From a bacterium (lineage in GTDB: Bacteria > Patescibacteriota > Doudnabacteria > UBA920), in contig CP064996.1 of assembly GCA_016699995.1 (NCBI GenBank), positions 528,584-592,583 of the forward strand: a stretch of 64,000 bases of DNA, given 5' to 3'. The notes beneath the pieces are model-generated. The model worked only from the letters and a program-made list of their open reading frames with translations. It ran no database searches and was not told the DNA's origin. A program made the position numbers and the translations under genes. Below are positions 54,776-64,000 of the stretch, piece after piece (position 1 is the stretch's first letter; each line of letters begins with the position of its first letter).

Positions 54776-55422
54776 AGGTTGGTCCCTCCAATCACAAAGA
54801 CAATAAATAAAAGTAATTGAGGATTCTCCCGCAAGCCGGCGATGATGCGAGAAAACTGCATCTTCAAACTTGCTTCGCTTTTATCCATAATCTTGGCGAT
54901 TTCAGCATATGGAAGTTCTTCCCATATCCTTAAGATAATTAATTCCTGAGCCTGTTCCGGCAAAGTACCCATTAAAGTCTGTACTTGCGCGATAGTTAGC
55001 TCCCGTTCCGTATCTTGTTCCGGAGAGCTGTCGGAAGCTACGTTCTCTGCAGCTTCTAAATCGACATTGCGTCTTGGAATTCGATAATGGTCTATTAATA
55101 AATTATGAGCAATGCGGTACAGCCAGCTTTGGAAAGTACCTTTGCTGCTGTCGAAACTGTTTATTTTATCCAAAGCTTTCAAAAATGTCTGGCTAGTCAA
55201 GTCTTCGGCGGTTTCCTGATGATTGGTGCGGAAGTATAAAAATCGGTAAATTTTGTCCAAATAAGAATCATAAAGCAACACAAAGTTTTCACTCATGCCT
55301 GCCTGAACTTTTGCAACTAAAACCCTATCTCTTTCGGTTTGGGTTGCGATGTCTGCCTGATTGTTTAAGTCCATATCTACCACAGCCGTAAATCCGGCCA
55401 AGTTACTTGTCTCTAGCATCAT
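54772..55422 (-). CDS. ECF-type sigma-70 family RNA polymerase sigma factor, 216 aa
   Basis: Region 2 FQSWLYRIAHNLLIDHYR. Region 4 LPEQAQELIILRIWEELPYAEIAKIM. Confidence 0.8.
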   Translation of the reverse strand: MMLETSNLAGFTAVVDMDLNNQADIATQTERDRVLVAKVQAGMSENFVLLYDSYLDKIYRFLYFRTNHQETAEDLTSQTFLKALDKINSFDSSKGTFQSWLYRIAHNLLIDHYRIPRRNVDLEAAENVASDSSPEQDTERELTIAQVQTLMGTLPEQAQELIILRIWEELPYAEIAKIMDKSEASLKMQFSRIIAGLRENPQLLLFIVFVIGGTNL

Positions 55423-55502
55423 TTTATCTTATTTTAGGCATATCTTAAAGCGCTTCTGACTACTATTACGCATTTCGGACATAAAGGTAACAATAGGAAA
55501 AT

Positions 55503-55529
55503 AAAAAAGCGAGCCGTTTCTGACTCGCT
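55503..55529 (-). terminator. rho-independent terminator after the 55566..56453 gene
   Basis: agcgagtcagaaacggctcgcttttttat on the minus strand. Confidence 0.55.
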
Positions 55530-55565
55530 AAACTTAACAATTCGTTTTTTCAACGCAAGGCCGGG

Positions 55566-56453
55566 CTACTTAGCGGCTGCGGCAGTTTTCTCGTGCCAGG
55601 CTTCGATGATCTTGAAGCTCTCAGGCAGCGGAAGATCGTCGATAAGCATCTGATATTCTTTCCCTTGAAACACTTGCACTACCGAGTAGTTCTGGTAATG
55701 CTTGTTTATCTCCAAGGGCTGAATAGTGGATCCAGAAACCTTTCTGCCGCCAGGACCACGCAGGTATTTAACCAGCACTAGATCTTTGCCGTCGCGACGA
55801 GCATTTTTCCAGCATTCCGGCCGGGAATGGAAATAGGCTTCAGTTGCTTCCAGCGACCGCATACTGCCTTGGTATATCTTGGGAAAGAGATACAGAGAAC
55901 CTGTGCTCGGGGACCAACGATAGGCGTACATGCGTACATCGCAAAAGTGAGGATCTTTATCGTGCAAAAAGGGAGCAAACTGAAACCGAATCATGGATCC
56001 CTGCGTAATCTCATAGTGCAGGACCCTGCCGCAATTTTGGCATACGCGACCGTGAAAGATGACCTTGTTACTCTGGTAAGCGCCGCAGGAATCGCACTTC
56101 TTATGCGTCTCAACTTTAAGCCGCGCATCCCACATATGGGCGCCTTGTTCGATAAGAGTCCCGCGGCTGACCGGTATGCCGTTAGGCCGGCCAACTTTGC
56201 CGATCCAGTTACGGTCGTTGGTGACGTTTCTATTCGCTTCGAGGAATTTATCCACTATGCGGTAACCGGCATTTTGCAGAAGCCTCTTGAGCGGCTTTAG
56301 CGCCGCCTCGTCATCGACGAGAAAAGAATTGTCTGCGAAGCGGACACCAGGAACATCCAATGCGGACTGCAGAGCCTCGGGCAAAGTTTTGCCCGAACCC
56401 ACAATCTGTACCGAATCACCTTCGTCCATATCTGCGAAGAATGAATTGTTCAT
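55566..56453 (-). CDS. hypothetical protein with CxxC...CxxC zinc-ribbon, 295 aa
   Basis: CDSCGAYQSNKVIFHGRVCQNCG. Otherwise unassigned. Confidence 0.4.
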   Translation of the reverse strand: MNNSFFADMDEGDSVQIVGSGKTLPEALQSALDVPGVRFADNSFLVDDEAALKPLKRLLQNAGYRIVDKFLEANRNVTNDRNWIGKVGRPNGIPVSRGTLIEQGAHMWDARLKVETHKKCDSCGAYQSNKVIFHGRVCQNCGRVLHYEITQGSMIRFQFAPFLHDKDPHFCDVRMYAYRWSPSTGSLYLFPKIYQGSMRSLEATEAYFHSRPECWKNARRDGKDLVLVKYLRGPGGRKVSGSTIQPLEINKHYQNYSVVQVFQGKEYQMLIDDLPLPESFKIIEAWHEKTAAAAK

Positions 56454-56538
56454 TATTAAACCTCCAAAATGATTTTCCTAATTCTATCATATTTATGAGG
56501 TTTTGTCAATATTTAGCTCAAGTAACAAAAGAACAGGC

Positions 56539-57081
56539 CTATCGCCTGCTCTTGCTAGGGGCGCTTTTGATCTTTTCGCTTGCCGCCTGTCTTTTGGAAA
56601 TTATAGAGGTTTTGTACAAATGCGGTTTATAAGCTTTTAGCTTAACTATTCTCACTTTTAAGCCCTTGCTTGCCAGCAATGTTTTCAAGCCTTTTACATA
56701 AGCAACCTGGTCGTACCCTATGGCTATGATTTGGGGACTTTCTTTTAAGATGTGAGGAATATGATCTCTGTAACCGCCCACCACGGCCTTATCCACTTCA
56801 GGTGCAGACTGTACCAAAATGCGGCGCTCAAACTGGTTCTTAGAAGGACGGCGGCCTTTGATGCGGAGCACATTTTTATCCCTCGCTATAGAAACAATTA
56901 AGAAAGGCTTTTTAGCTAGCTTGCGGGCCTGGCTAAAAAAATCCCGGTGCCCTGGATGAACGATGTCAAAAGTACCGAAAACCATAATCCGCGTTAAGTC
57001 GCTATTATTGGAAGAAAATTTTGCTGAATCTTGCGCGCCTAGATTGCGTCCTAACGCAACATCCTTGCTAAGAAGCGTCAT
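56539..57081 (-). CDS. cytidylyltransferase-like nucleotidyltransferase (HxGH family; RibL/FAD synthetase-like or glycerol-3-phosphate cytidylyltransferase-like), 180 aa
   Basis: IMVFGTFDIVHPGHRDFF is the (T/H)xGH nucleotidyltransferase motif. Overlaps the flippase gene's 3' end by 14 nt. Confidence 0.6.
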   Translation of the reverse strand: MTLLSKDVALGRNLGAQDSAKFSSNNSDLTRIMVFGTFDIVHPGHRDFFSQARKLAKKPFLIVSIARDKNVLRIKGRRPSKNQFERRILVQSAPEVDKAVVGGYRDHIPHILKESPQIIAIGYDQVAYVKGLKTLLASKGLKVRIVKLKAYKPHLYKTSIISKRQAASEKIKSAPSKSRR

Positions 57082-58513
57082 AACTTTTGCGCATTAATTT
57101 TTTGAAAAAAATTAAATCATCCTTCCTGAAGAATCCCAGAGCCAAAAGTATGCCTACGTACACCACCGCGCCGGCCGCGATAGGTACCAGTAAGAACTGA
57201 TCACGGACCAAATAAACCATCAGACCCATTATGCTGCTGGCAATAAGCGGCTGCCACAAATTAGAAAGAAATTCGAATTTTGTAATTTTATTGCGGACGA
57301 AATAGAAATAGAATAGCCCCTGAAGACCCTCGGAAACTAGAGTCATGATGGCAGCACCCATAATGCCGATGCGCGGCAATAATATAAGGTTGCCGATAAT
57401 ATTAATGGCTACATTGGCGCCGGTGATGAAAGTGGCAAATTTTGTGAGCTGAGACACCACCAAAGAATTTACCACGACGTACATAAACAGCACGGCCGGC
57501 GCCCAAGCCAAAATTGCCAAGGTAGTTGCAGCTGGCGCGAACTCCTCACCAGCCAGCAGACGGATAATAGGACCAGCCAACAGCATCGCTCCAGTTGCCA
57601 TAGGCAAAGCTACAGCAGCCATAAAACGCAAATAGCGCTCGAGCATGCCGCGGACTTCGGCCAATTTGTTCTCGGCCATCAATGTGGCAAACAACGGATA
57701 TAGAGAATGGGAGACCACTGCCGGGAAGAACGCCATCAAATCGAAGAATTTATAAGCGGCAGTATACAAGCCTGTTTGAGTGTAGCCCAAGATTTTAGTA
57801 ATGAGTACTACATCGAGGCGATTATACAAAGTACTGAACCCGACTAGGATCGCGAAAGGCAAGGCAGCGCGGAACATGCGTCTCATTAACTTAAAGTCCA
57901 GCGATTTAATCCCCTTCATCACCTCCGGCGGTCCGATATAGGCTTTTACGAACTGATAATACAAAGTTATAGCCAGCAATGCATAGATTATCTGCTGCGA
58001 AGTAAGCAGGACAATCCCGCGATTTAACCAGATCACTGCAAAAATAATCGCGACGTTAATTACCGAGGATATAAAGTTCAGTAGCGCCGCTTTCTTCAAA
58101 TCGTAAAAAGCAGTGATTACTGCCAAGAACGGATAGGTCAAGCCGTGGAGCGCCGCGCCAAGGCCGGCAACCATGATGGCTTTGATTACCACAGGCTCAT
58201 AGCCATTGTAAAAAGCGATGCCAACCAGAGCGCCGTACACCATTGCCGCCAAAGCAACTTCTACGGCTAAAAAATTGTGGAAGTAAAGCTTAGCCTTGCT
58301 GCGATCTTCGCTGATCTTTTTAATAATATATTGCTGTATGCCGAAATCAATGACAACCCCGAAGAGCGCCACGTACGAAAGCACGAACTGAAACTTGCCA
58401 GTCGTCTCCGGGCCCAGATATCGGAATAGCTGCGTGTAGGCCAAAAATAAAAGGACCAGCGAAATGACCCTAGAAACAGATAACCATAAAATGTTTTTGG
58501 ACGGCGTAGACAT
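57068..58513 (-). CDS. wzx: polysaccharide biosynthesis protein / oligosaccharide flippase (Wzx, MOP superfamily), 481 aa
   Basis: About 12-14 TM helices. N-terminal LWLSVSRVISLVLLFLAYTQLFRYLGPETTGKFQFVLSYVALF is typical of Wzx/PST family. Confidence 0.7.
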   Translation of the reverse strand: MSTPSKNILWLSVSRVISLVLLFLAYTQLFRYLGPETTGKFQFVLSYVALFGVVIDFGIQQYIIKKISEDRSKAKLYFHNFLAVEVALAAMVYGALVGIAFYNGYEPVVIKAIMVAGLGAALHGLTYPFLAVITAFYDLKKAALLNFISSVINVAIIFAVIWLNRGIVLLTSQQIIYALLAITLYYQFVKAYIGPPEVMKGIKSLDFKLMRRMFRAALPFAILVGFSTLYNRLDVVLITKILGYTQTGLYTAAYKFFDLMAFFPAVVSHSLYPLFATLMAENKLAEVRGMLERYLRFMAAVALPMATGAMLLAGPIIRLLAGEEFAPAATTLAILAWAPAVLFMYVVVNSLVVSQLTKFATFITGANVAINIIGNLILLPRIGIMGAAIMTLVSEGLQGLFYFYFVRNKITKFEFLSNLWQPLIASSIMGLMVYLVRDQFLLVPIAAGAVVYVGILLALGFFRKDDLIFFKKLMRKSYDAS

Positions 58514-58545
58514 TCAGTAATATAAAATCTATCTTATTCTACCAT

Positions 58546-58575
58546 AGCATTGACAAAGGTGCTATAATGTGATAG
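58546..58575 (+). promoter_or_regulatory. extended -10 promoter (tgcTATAAT) for the 58611 gene
   Basis: gtgctataatgtgatagaat, 35-45 nt upstream of RBS aggaggg / ATG 58611. Confidence 0.4.
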
Positions 58576-58610
58576 AATCTGATGTTAGAAATACAATCAT
58601 AGGAGGGAAA

Positions 58611-58916
58611 ATGGGAAAACAATTTTTAGGCATCCCAAAAGCAATCGGCACCTACGCCACTGCAAGCGGCCATTTCAAGCAGAGCCTGATAGAATGGTCT
58701 GCTCAGGGCAACGACACGTCGACGATTAACGCCGAGCATCTCGCCAAGTGCGAAGATTGCCAAGAGAGGGTCGCGAAAGCGCGGGATGAGTTCATACTAA
58801 TGGAAGCGTCATCGCCTCCTAACAGAGATGGCGTGCCAGCCGATAAAAACCGGGTGAATAAGACCGGCAGATCCAGCCCCCGCTACGTGGCGATGATCAG
58901 CACCAGCATTGGCTAA
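58611..58916 (+). CDS. hypothetical small protein, ~101 aa (start at MGKQFLG with strong RBS)
   Basis: aggagggaaaATG. Contains CEDCQERVAKAR. The track ORF starts at 58569 without an RBS. Confidence 0.35.
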   Translation: MGKQFLGIPKAIGTYATASGHFKQSLIEWSAQGNDTSTINAEHLAKCEDCQERVAKARDEFILMEASSPPNRDGVPADKNRVNKTGRSSPRYVAMISTSIG

Positions 58917-58971
58917 CAATAAGCAAAAGCTCGAGAAGTTTCTCGAGCTTTTTTATTTTTATATAGAGAAT

Positions 58972-60828
58972 CTAGCGTTCTCCGGCACCCTTGCCTAAAT
59001 ACCGCGCAACTTCTGCTGCAGGCAAAGTCACTACATTCTTGAAACTCAACTTTCGAGCCGCAAAATCTGCGCCGCTAAGGGCGACCGGCTGGCTCTTCTC
59101 GATAATATACACCGCCGGACTGTTATCTGCCTTGATCAAGGTTCCGTCTCTAGGAAAGATCGGATCGCCTTCCGGCCAATTCTTAACTTCATCTGCACTA
59201 AAGGTAACATCCGGTGTTATGCCGCGCTGCTTGGCGACAAAGCTAGATAAGAAGTGCCGGCTGGAGTTTTTATATATATACAATTCCCCGCTGCCCGCAA
59301 CCTGATAGTAAGTCGGATCCTTCGGTTCTGCCAAATTCCCGATCGGCATCGCCAGCATCTCGTCATCGCTGATAGTTTGTACGTCCGAAAACTTAAAATT
59401 ATAAGTACGGAAGACTAAGTAAGTCATTGGGCGCTTGATACGGTCGACAACAAGGAATACAGTCTGTACCGAAGGAGATTTTATAAGTGTGCCATTCGCA
59501 GGAGCTAGAAAGCCGCCCTTCGGCAAAGTTGCCAATTCGCTATCCGGCATCAGCTGAATCTTGCTAGCCAGGTTGCGCTGAGCGAATACTAACGCAGAAA
59601 CCAAACGAAGCTGTCCATTCTCCACCACGTATACCGCAGGGCCGTTATAACCGCGTAGTACAGATCCCTCGGCCGGAGTCAGCTGAGGGCCGTCCGGGTA
59701 CGGTGCCAGATCTGCTACCGAAGCAGTAATAGCGTTATTCAAACTTAAACCGCGCTGCTTGAGGATAAATTCAGAAGCCGGGTGTTTCTTGTTATTAAGA
59801 AAAACATGCACCTTTCCCTCTGCTATGGCTACTGTATTGTCCGCTAAACCCAGCAGTCCGCCGTCCGGATAGCTTTCCAGCTCGTTAAAGCTCAGCAGAA
59901 CCGGGCTGGCAGTATTGACGTTGCGCACGCGGGCTATAAAATCATTGATTTGCATGCGGCTGCCATTTTGGATCATGAATTTTTGCCCGTTTGGAGAAGC
60001 GATGATGGTACCGCTAGGATAACGGAACCACTGGTTCATGTAGCGCCAAAAGTTATAATTGCCATTAAAAACATGGGGAGTATATCTGTACAATGCAGCA
60101 GTAGCGGAGTTTTCCAATGTAACGCTTTGCTGAGCCTGAACTCCGCTGTAACCACCCAGGGTATTGCCAAGGACAATGGTCTCGCCCACCTTGGACACCG
60201 CTCCATTATATAGTGGTCCGCGTCCGCCCGGGGTAGTAAATGACCGCATCAAGGATTTAGCCGCACCTAAATAACGGTTATTTTCCGAATCTACATTACC
60301 GAAAATCTGAAAGTAAAAGCCTTTATATAATCCCGCGCAACCGCCAGAATCCGGACAGCCAAAGCCCATCGCATAATCCAATGCGGTTTGGAGCCGTTCT
60401 GGGGATGAGCCTTGATGGCCTGTGGTTAAGCTCTGCTCCTTTTGCAAAGTCACAATTATGACTTGGGGATTAATGCCGCTGGATTGGCTAGCATCCCAGA
60501 TTAATTCTGCAGCAGTGCGCAAGCGATCCATGCTGGGACGAGGATCTTCTAACGTAACTTTTAAAGTCGAATTGGTTGGTTCGCGCAGCTTGGCAACAAA
60601 ATCGCTGCTAGTGTTAGCTAAGATGCTATTTTTGCTTTCTAAAAATTTCTGAATCCCCTCCGCGCTTCCCATCGCAGTTTTATCGCTGAATACAGAATCT
60701 TCCACCAGACGGTTTGGATTGAATCCTGGCAAAGGGGCTTCTTGGGCCTGAGCTGTATTAACTAAATTTAAAGACGTTACAAATAACGTAAAGATAAATA
60801 TTGAAAGTAGAATTTTTGTTTTGTGCAT
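58972..60828 (-). CDS. secreted hypothetical protein with three C-terminal ~70-aa repeats shared with the adjacent S8 protease, 618 aa
   Basis: Signal peptide MHKTKILLSIFIFTLFVTSLNLVNTAQA. Repeats GSVLRGYNGPAVYVVENGQLRLVS.., GTLIKSPSVQTVFLVVDRIKRPMT.., GTLIKADNSPAVYIIEKSQPVALS.. Confidence 0.5.
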   Translation of the reverse strand: MHKTKILLSIFIFTLFVTSLNLVNTAQAQEAPLPGFNPNRLVEDSVFSDKTAMGSAEGIQKFLESKNSILANTSSDFVAKLREPTNSTLKVTLEDPRPSMDRLRTAAELIWDASQSSGINPQVIIVTLQKEQSLTTGHQGSSPERLQTALDYAMGFGCPDSGGCAGLYKGFYFQIFGNVDSENNRYLGAAKSLMRSFTTPGGRGPLYNGAVSKVGETIVLGNTLGGYSGVQAQQSVTLENSATAALYRYTPHVFNGNYNFWRYMNQWFRYPSGTIIASPNGQKFMIQNGSRMQINDFIARVRNVNTASPVLLSFNELESYPDGGLLGLADNTVAIAEGKVHVFLNNKKHPASEFILKQRGLSLNNAITASVADLAPYPDGPQLTPAEGSVLRGYNGPAVYVVENGQLRLVSALVFAQRNLASKIQLMPDSELATLPKGGFLAPANGTLIKSPSVQTVFLVVDRIKRPMTYLVFRTYNFKFSDVQTISDDEMLAMPIGNLAEPKDPTYYQVAGSGELYIYKNSSRHFLSSFVAKQRGITPDVTFSADEVKNWPEGDPIFPRDGTLIKADNSPAVYIIEKSQPVALSGADFAARKLSFKNVVTLPAAEVARYLGKGAGER

Positions 60829-60915
60829 ATTCTTATCTTAATTCATAGGGTTAATTAACTCAAATTTTGTGCAGGAAAAAATTTAATTGGGCATATTCAG
60901 GATAAAAACCGAACA

Positions 60916-62817
60916 TTAATCCAAAACGTAACTTGCCCCTGTTGGCAGTTTTGTCAGATCATTGTCCGAAATGTAAACCACCGGAAAGATGCTTAAGCCT
61001 CGATCCTGGTAAAACTTGAAGTTTATCGGATGAAGAACCTCGCCTACTACCCAATACACTGTCGGGTTTTTCCCGGTCCTCACTAAGGTGCCTTCCGGCG
61101 GGGTTAGAAAACTGCCGGCGACCCAGGAATTAACTTCCGATGACGATAGAGTGTAAACGTTTTTAAAATCAAAATTGCGCATCAGGAAAATCTGATAAGT
61201 CACAGGAAGGCGCAGGCCCTTATTCATATAATATACAGTGCCGCTATCGGGAGTTTTGATTAAAGTTCCATCGCTAGGCTCTGCATACGAACCCTCGGGA
61301 AAGCGTTCTAGCTCGGACATGAACACTTGCTTTGGAACAGCCGTACTGTAACGCTGATTCCTTACAAATGCAGAAATCAGCTGGCGCTTGCCCCCGTTAA
61401 TATAGTACCAATCGCTGGTACCGATTACCTGAACGATATCGCCGTCGGTAATAGAAATGATTGCATCCTGCAAACTCTTGGCCACGTTAATGCGCCCGCT
61501 TCCCATTAGCCCTTTACAAGATTTGCCACCGCACTGATAAAGATTGAGGTTATCAATGTTATCCGCGGTAGAAATAATGCGGTCCCGAATTTGGCGATTA
61601 GAAGCCAATGGGAACAAAGATTTTAACAAGGCAGCTTGTGCGCTAACATATGGGGTCGCCAAAGAAGTGCCCGAAGCGTAAGCATAGCTGTCTGGGGCAT
61701 CCAACCCCGTTGCAGGATCGTGGTTAATAGTAGAGAGAATGCGTCGTCCGGGCGCCGCTACGTCTACGCACGCTTTTCCGTAGTTTGCAAAACTGGGCTT
61801 GAGGTCGTTCACATCCGTAGCGGTAACTCCGATCACCATGTTCTTTCCGTTGTCGTTGCAAATCGGAAACACCGGTTCAATATCCAAATTGCCGCCGGTA
61901 ATGGCTACATCGTTCCCGGCCGCCGCTACTACCACCACGTTTTTATCAAACGCGTAAGTAATAGCATTTGCCAAGGTAGTGTCGTGCGAAAATCCGATGC
62001 CACCCAATGATAAATTGATAATATTAGCACCGTTGTCGGCTGCCCATACAATTCCTTCGGAAAGATTGCTGGCAGAACCGCTGCCACTGGTATTAAGCGC
62101 CTTTATCGGCATTAAGGTCACGCTCCAATTGGCCCCGCTGATACCAGTAGCATTATTTGTGACAGCCCCTATTACTCCAGAAACCAAAGTACCGTGGCCG
62201 TTATCATCTGAGTTTGTATAATTGATAATTTTCTTTCCAGTCATCACATTATACCCGTCGATAAAACGAGTCGCGCGAATATCTTCGTGAGTACGGTCGA
62301 TGCCGGTATCGATTACGGCAACAACGGTTGCAGTATTGCCTTTAGTTTTATCCCAGCCTTCGATAAATTTAGCTTTGGCTAACCCCCACTGCTTATCTAT
62401 ATTGAATTCATTTGTGCTGAAGCCTGGGTCGTTAGGCAGCTGAGTAACCGTGAGCTGCTCAGCCTGTACAGCCTGGTTGTATTCAACATATGCGGCGCTG
62501 GCTGGCGACTGCCCTACCAGTTTCTGACGCACTGCATTTGCAGGCAAAGAAGACTGGAATGTATAAATATTCTTAAACTGTGCGGCGGAACTGAATTCAA
62601 ATTCTTTATTGATATTTACCGCCACCTCTCGAAGCAGTGAAGTGTCTGCAGAATTGAGTTTTGTTATATATGAAAAGTTAACCGCGAAGGCCGATGGACT
62701 TTCCGTCTGCGCCGCTGCGGAAGCGAACGGCTTGCCGGCGCCGAAAACACCCATGAACAAAATTGCCGCAATTATCGGCAATATTGTATTTCGGCAAATT
62801 TTATATTTCAAAAACAT
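60916..62817 (-). CDS. secreted subtilisin-like serine protease (peptidase S8) with C-terminal tandem repeat module, 633 aa
   Basis: Signal peptide. Asp VAVIDTGID. His DNGHGTLVSGVIGA. Ser ASGTSLATPYVSA. C-terminal repeats GTLIKTPDSGTVYYMNKGLRLPVTYQIF... and GTLVRTGKNPTVYWVVGEVLHPINFKFY... Confidence 0.85.
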   Translation of the reverse strand: MFLKYKICRNTILPIIAAILFMGVFGAGKPFASAAAQTESPSAFAVNFSYITKLNSADTSLLREVAVNINKEFEFSSAAQFKNIYTFQSSLPANAVRQKLVGQSPASAAYVEYNQAVQAEQLTVTQLPNDPGFSTNEFNIDKQWGLAKAKFIEGWDKTKGNTATVVAVIDTGIDRTHEDIRATRFIDGYNVMTGKKIINYTNSDDNGHGTLVSGVIGAVTNNATGISGANWSVTLMPIKALNTSGSGSASNLSEGIVWAADNGANIINLSLGGIGFSHDTTLANAITYAFDKNVVVVAAAGNDVAITGGNLDIEPVFPICNDNGKNMVIGVTATDVNDLKPSFANYGKACVDVAAPGRRILSTINHDPATGLDAPDSYAYASGTSLATPYVSAQAALLKSLFPLASNRQIRDRIISTADNIDNLNLYQCGGKSCKGLMGSGRINVAKSLQDAIISITDGDIVQVIGTSDWYYINGGKRQLISAFVRNQRYSTAVPKQVFMSELERFPEGSYAEPSDGTLIKTPDSGTVYYMNKGLRLPVTYQIFLMRNFDFKNVYTLSSSEVNSWVAGSFLTPPEGTLVRTGKNPTVYWVVGEVLHPINFKFYQDRGLSIFPVVYISDNDLTKLPTGASYVLD

Positions 62818-62874
62818 GAATTTGGTTGGGGTTCTCTACCTTATTTAGACGCAATTGCAGCCAAAAAGTTTCAG

Positions 62875-63600
62875 CTATTTATTATATTGACCGCTGAGAG
62901 AACGGAGTTTGATTTTAAACAAGTCGATAAGAGACTCGATATACGCGCTTAACGGTACATGCCCGCCGCCGTGCTCGGTCCAGGATACGCCGATCTCTTT
63001 GATCTTATAGCCCTTGGCTAAGGCTATGGTAAGCACCTCCATATCGAACCCCCAGCGCAATACTCTTACCTTGGGGAAGATATCTTTGGCAGCCTTGGCT
63101 GTAAAAGCTTTAAAACCTAATTGAGTGTCTTTGATTCCAGGAACAGCTAAAAATTGGATTAGCAAATTGCTCATGCGGGACAATAAAATACGGTAAAATG
63201 GCTGGTGCACTTTTACCAAATCGGGATTGGTGTAGCGGGAACCGATCACTACGTCGAAACCCTGGTCAAAGTAAGGCAGGAACTTTTCGATCTCAGAAAT
63301 TGGAGTAGCATTATCGGCATCCATGAACATGACGATGTCGCCGGTGGCCTTTTCTAAAATGCCACGGCGTACCGCGTTGCCCTTGCCGCCCTCTTTTAAA
63401 TTCATAGCAACTGCCTTTTGGACAGTGGTCTTTTCCAGCTCTTGAACAACTTCAAAGGTGCGATCCTTGGTATTATTGACGACCACGACGATTTCGTAGT
63501 CATAAGATTGCTTCTCTAGATAGCTGTCTATGTTCTGCAGAGTCTCGGTAATGCGCTTTTCTTCGTTATACGCCGGTATAACAACGGAAAGTTTTTTCAT
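62875..63600 (-). CDS. glycosyltransferase family 2 (dolichyl-phosphate mannose/glucose synthase-like), 241 aa
   Basis: LSVVIPAYNEE...EIVVVVNNTKDRT...FMDADNATP (DxD). Confidence 0.8.
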   Translation of the reverse strand: MKKLSVVIPAYNEEKRITETLQNIDSYLEKQSYDYEIVVVVNNTKDRTFEVVQELEKTTVQKAVAMNLKEGGKGNAVRRGILEKATGDIVMFMDADNATPISEIEKFLPYFDQGFDVVIGSRYTNPDLVKVHQPFYRILLSRMSNLLIQFLAVPGIKDTQLGFKAFTAKAAKDIFPKVRVLRWGFDMEVLTIALAKGYKIKEIGVSWTEHGGGHVPLSAYIESLIDLFKIKLRSLSGQYNK

Positions 63601-63792
63601 ATGTATTTCTTTAAAAATGCTTTATTTTCCTTATTATATCATTAAATTCGGTTATTCCGAACTAGTGATTAGCTTCCGTGCCCGCTTAACTGGAAGGTGA
63701 ATAAAAGAGTTAAAAACTAATAATATATGCGCGGCAAAAAAAAAGACGGCCCAAGTATTACCTTGAACCGTCGAATATAGAACAAATTATTG

Positions 63793-64000
63793 TCATGGCC
63801 TCCGCGGCCTAGTAGGAACTGTCCCTAAGCCGCTTCCGCTGCCCGTGGGGTTTCCATCGGAACCAGTGGAACCACCGGTAAAGGTGGTGCCGCGCGGAGG
63901 CTGCTGCACAGTGTTGGTTTTCCTTGCCTTGTCGCTTCTTTTTATGAAGTAGACAACAGCAGCGCCAACTGCAGTGCCGACCAGGAACGAAACCCAGTTC
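63793..64000 (-). CDS. 3' end of an unassigned gene continuing beyond the window (TM helix + Gly/Thr-rich tail)
   Basis: Minus frame reads ...NWVSFLVGTAVGAAVVYFIKRSDKARKTNTVQQPPRGTTFTGGSTGSDGNPTGSGSGLGTVPTRPRRP*. Confidence 0.3.
   Translation of the reverse strand, partial: NWVSFLVGTAVGAAVVYFIKRSDKARKTNTVQQPPRGTTFTGGSTGSDGNPTGSGSGLGTVPTRPRRP

Noticed and set aside
58551-58575. Apparent perfect sigma-70 promoter ttgaca…tataat
   Set aside because: The spacer between ttgaca and tataat is only 7 nt, so it cannot be a canonical -35/-10 pair. I kept it only as an extended -10 (tgcTATAAT) element.

Overview
This 64-kb window comes from a small, roughly 45-47% GC bacterial genome that looks Patescibacteria/CPR-like. 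The clues are the infA-rpmJ-rpsM-rpsK-rpsD-rpoA-rplQ and rplM-rpsI ribosomal block, a short PGI, and an AlaRS with no C-Ala domain. Almost everything is on the minus strand. The housekeeping and surface genes I can support are:
- **Cell wall and proteases:** mltG (partial), a YjbQ-family protein, CtpA, MsrB, and an archaemetzincin-like peptidase carrying an in-frame stop.
- **Sensing and regulation:** a histidine kinase, a nitroreductase, a CheY-like regulator, HU, and an ECF sigma factor with a putative anti-sigma factor.
- **Central metabolism and translation:** pgi, alaS and a LOG-family protein.
- **Envelope and glycan cluster:** a Wzx flippase, an O-antigen-ligase-like protein, GT2 and GT4 glycosyltransferases, and a cytidylyltransferase-like gene.
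- **Surface proteins:** a secreted S8 protease with a repeat-sharing neighbour, and a 1632-aa LPXTG-type surface protein next to a sortase homologue that has no cysteine at all.

The accessory and unusual content is as follows:
1. **Ubiquitin-like conjugation operon (candidate novel system, 28696-33271).** Four translationally coupled genes sit just downstream of the rpsI terminator. They encode a 535-aa protein with an E2-like 'LPN...C' stretch, a membrane-anchored JAB/JAMM peptidase, a minimal E1-like adenylyltransferase, and a tandem ThiS/MoaD-type beta-grasp protein. No sulfur-transfer partners are present. This looks like a prokaryotic ubiquitin-like conjugation/deconjugation (Bil-like) system that has not been described in this form.
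2. **Inverted-repeat-flanked 6-kb segment (714-6737).** Near-identical ~95-bp inverted repeats, each carrying a palindrome plus RBS, bracket the segment. It contains a radical-SAM gene and two extra alaS-derived genes: a standalone 430-aa AlaRS catalytic domain, and a divergent frameshifted AlaRS-like gene whose motif 2 has degenerated. It also contains frameshifted pepE-like and aldo/keto-reductase genes.
3. **AT-rich Type III restriction-modification system** (mod-res), apparently inserted into an ammonia-lyase (HAL/PAL-family) gene, of which only the last ~90 codons and the terminator remain.
4. **A second E1-like gene**, in an operon with a PaaK/CapK-like adenylate-forming ligase and a Leu/Phe/Val-type amino-acid dehydrogenase.

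I found no tRNA, rRNA, CRISPR array or transposase.
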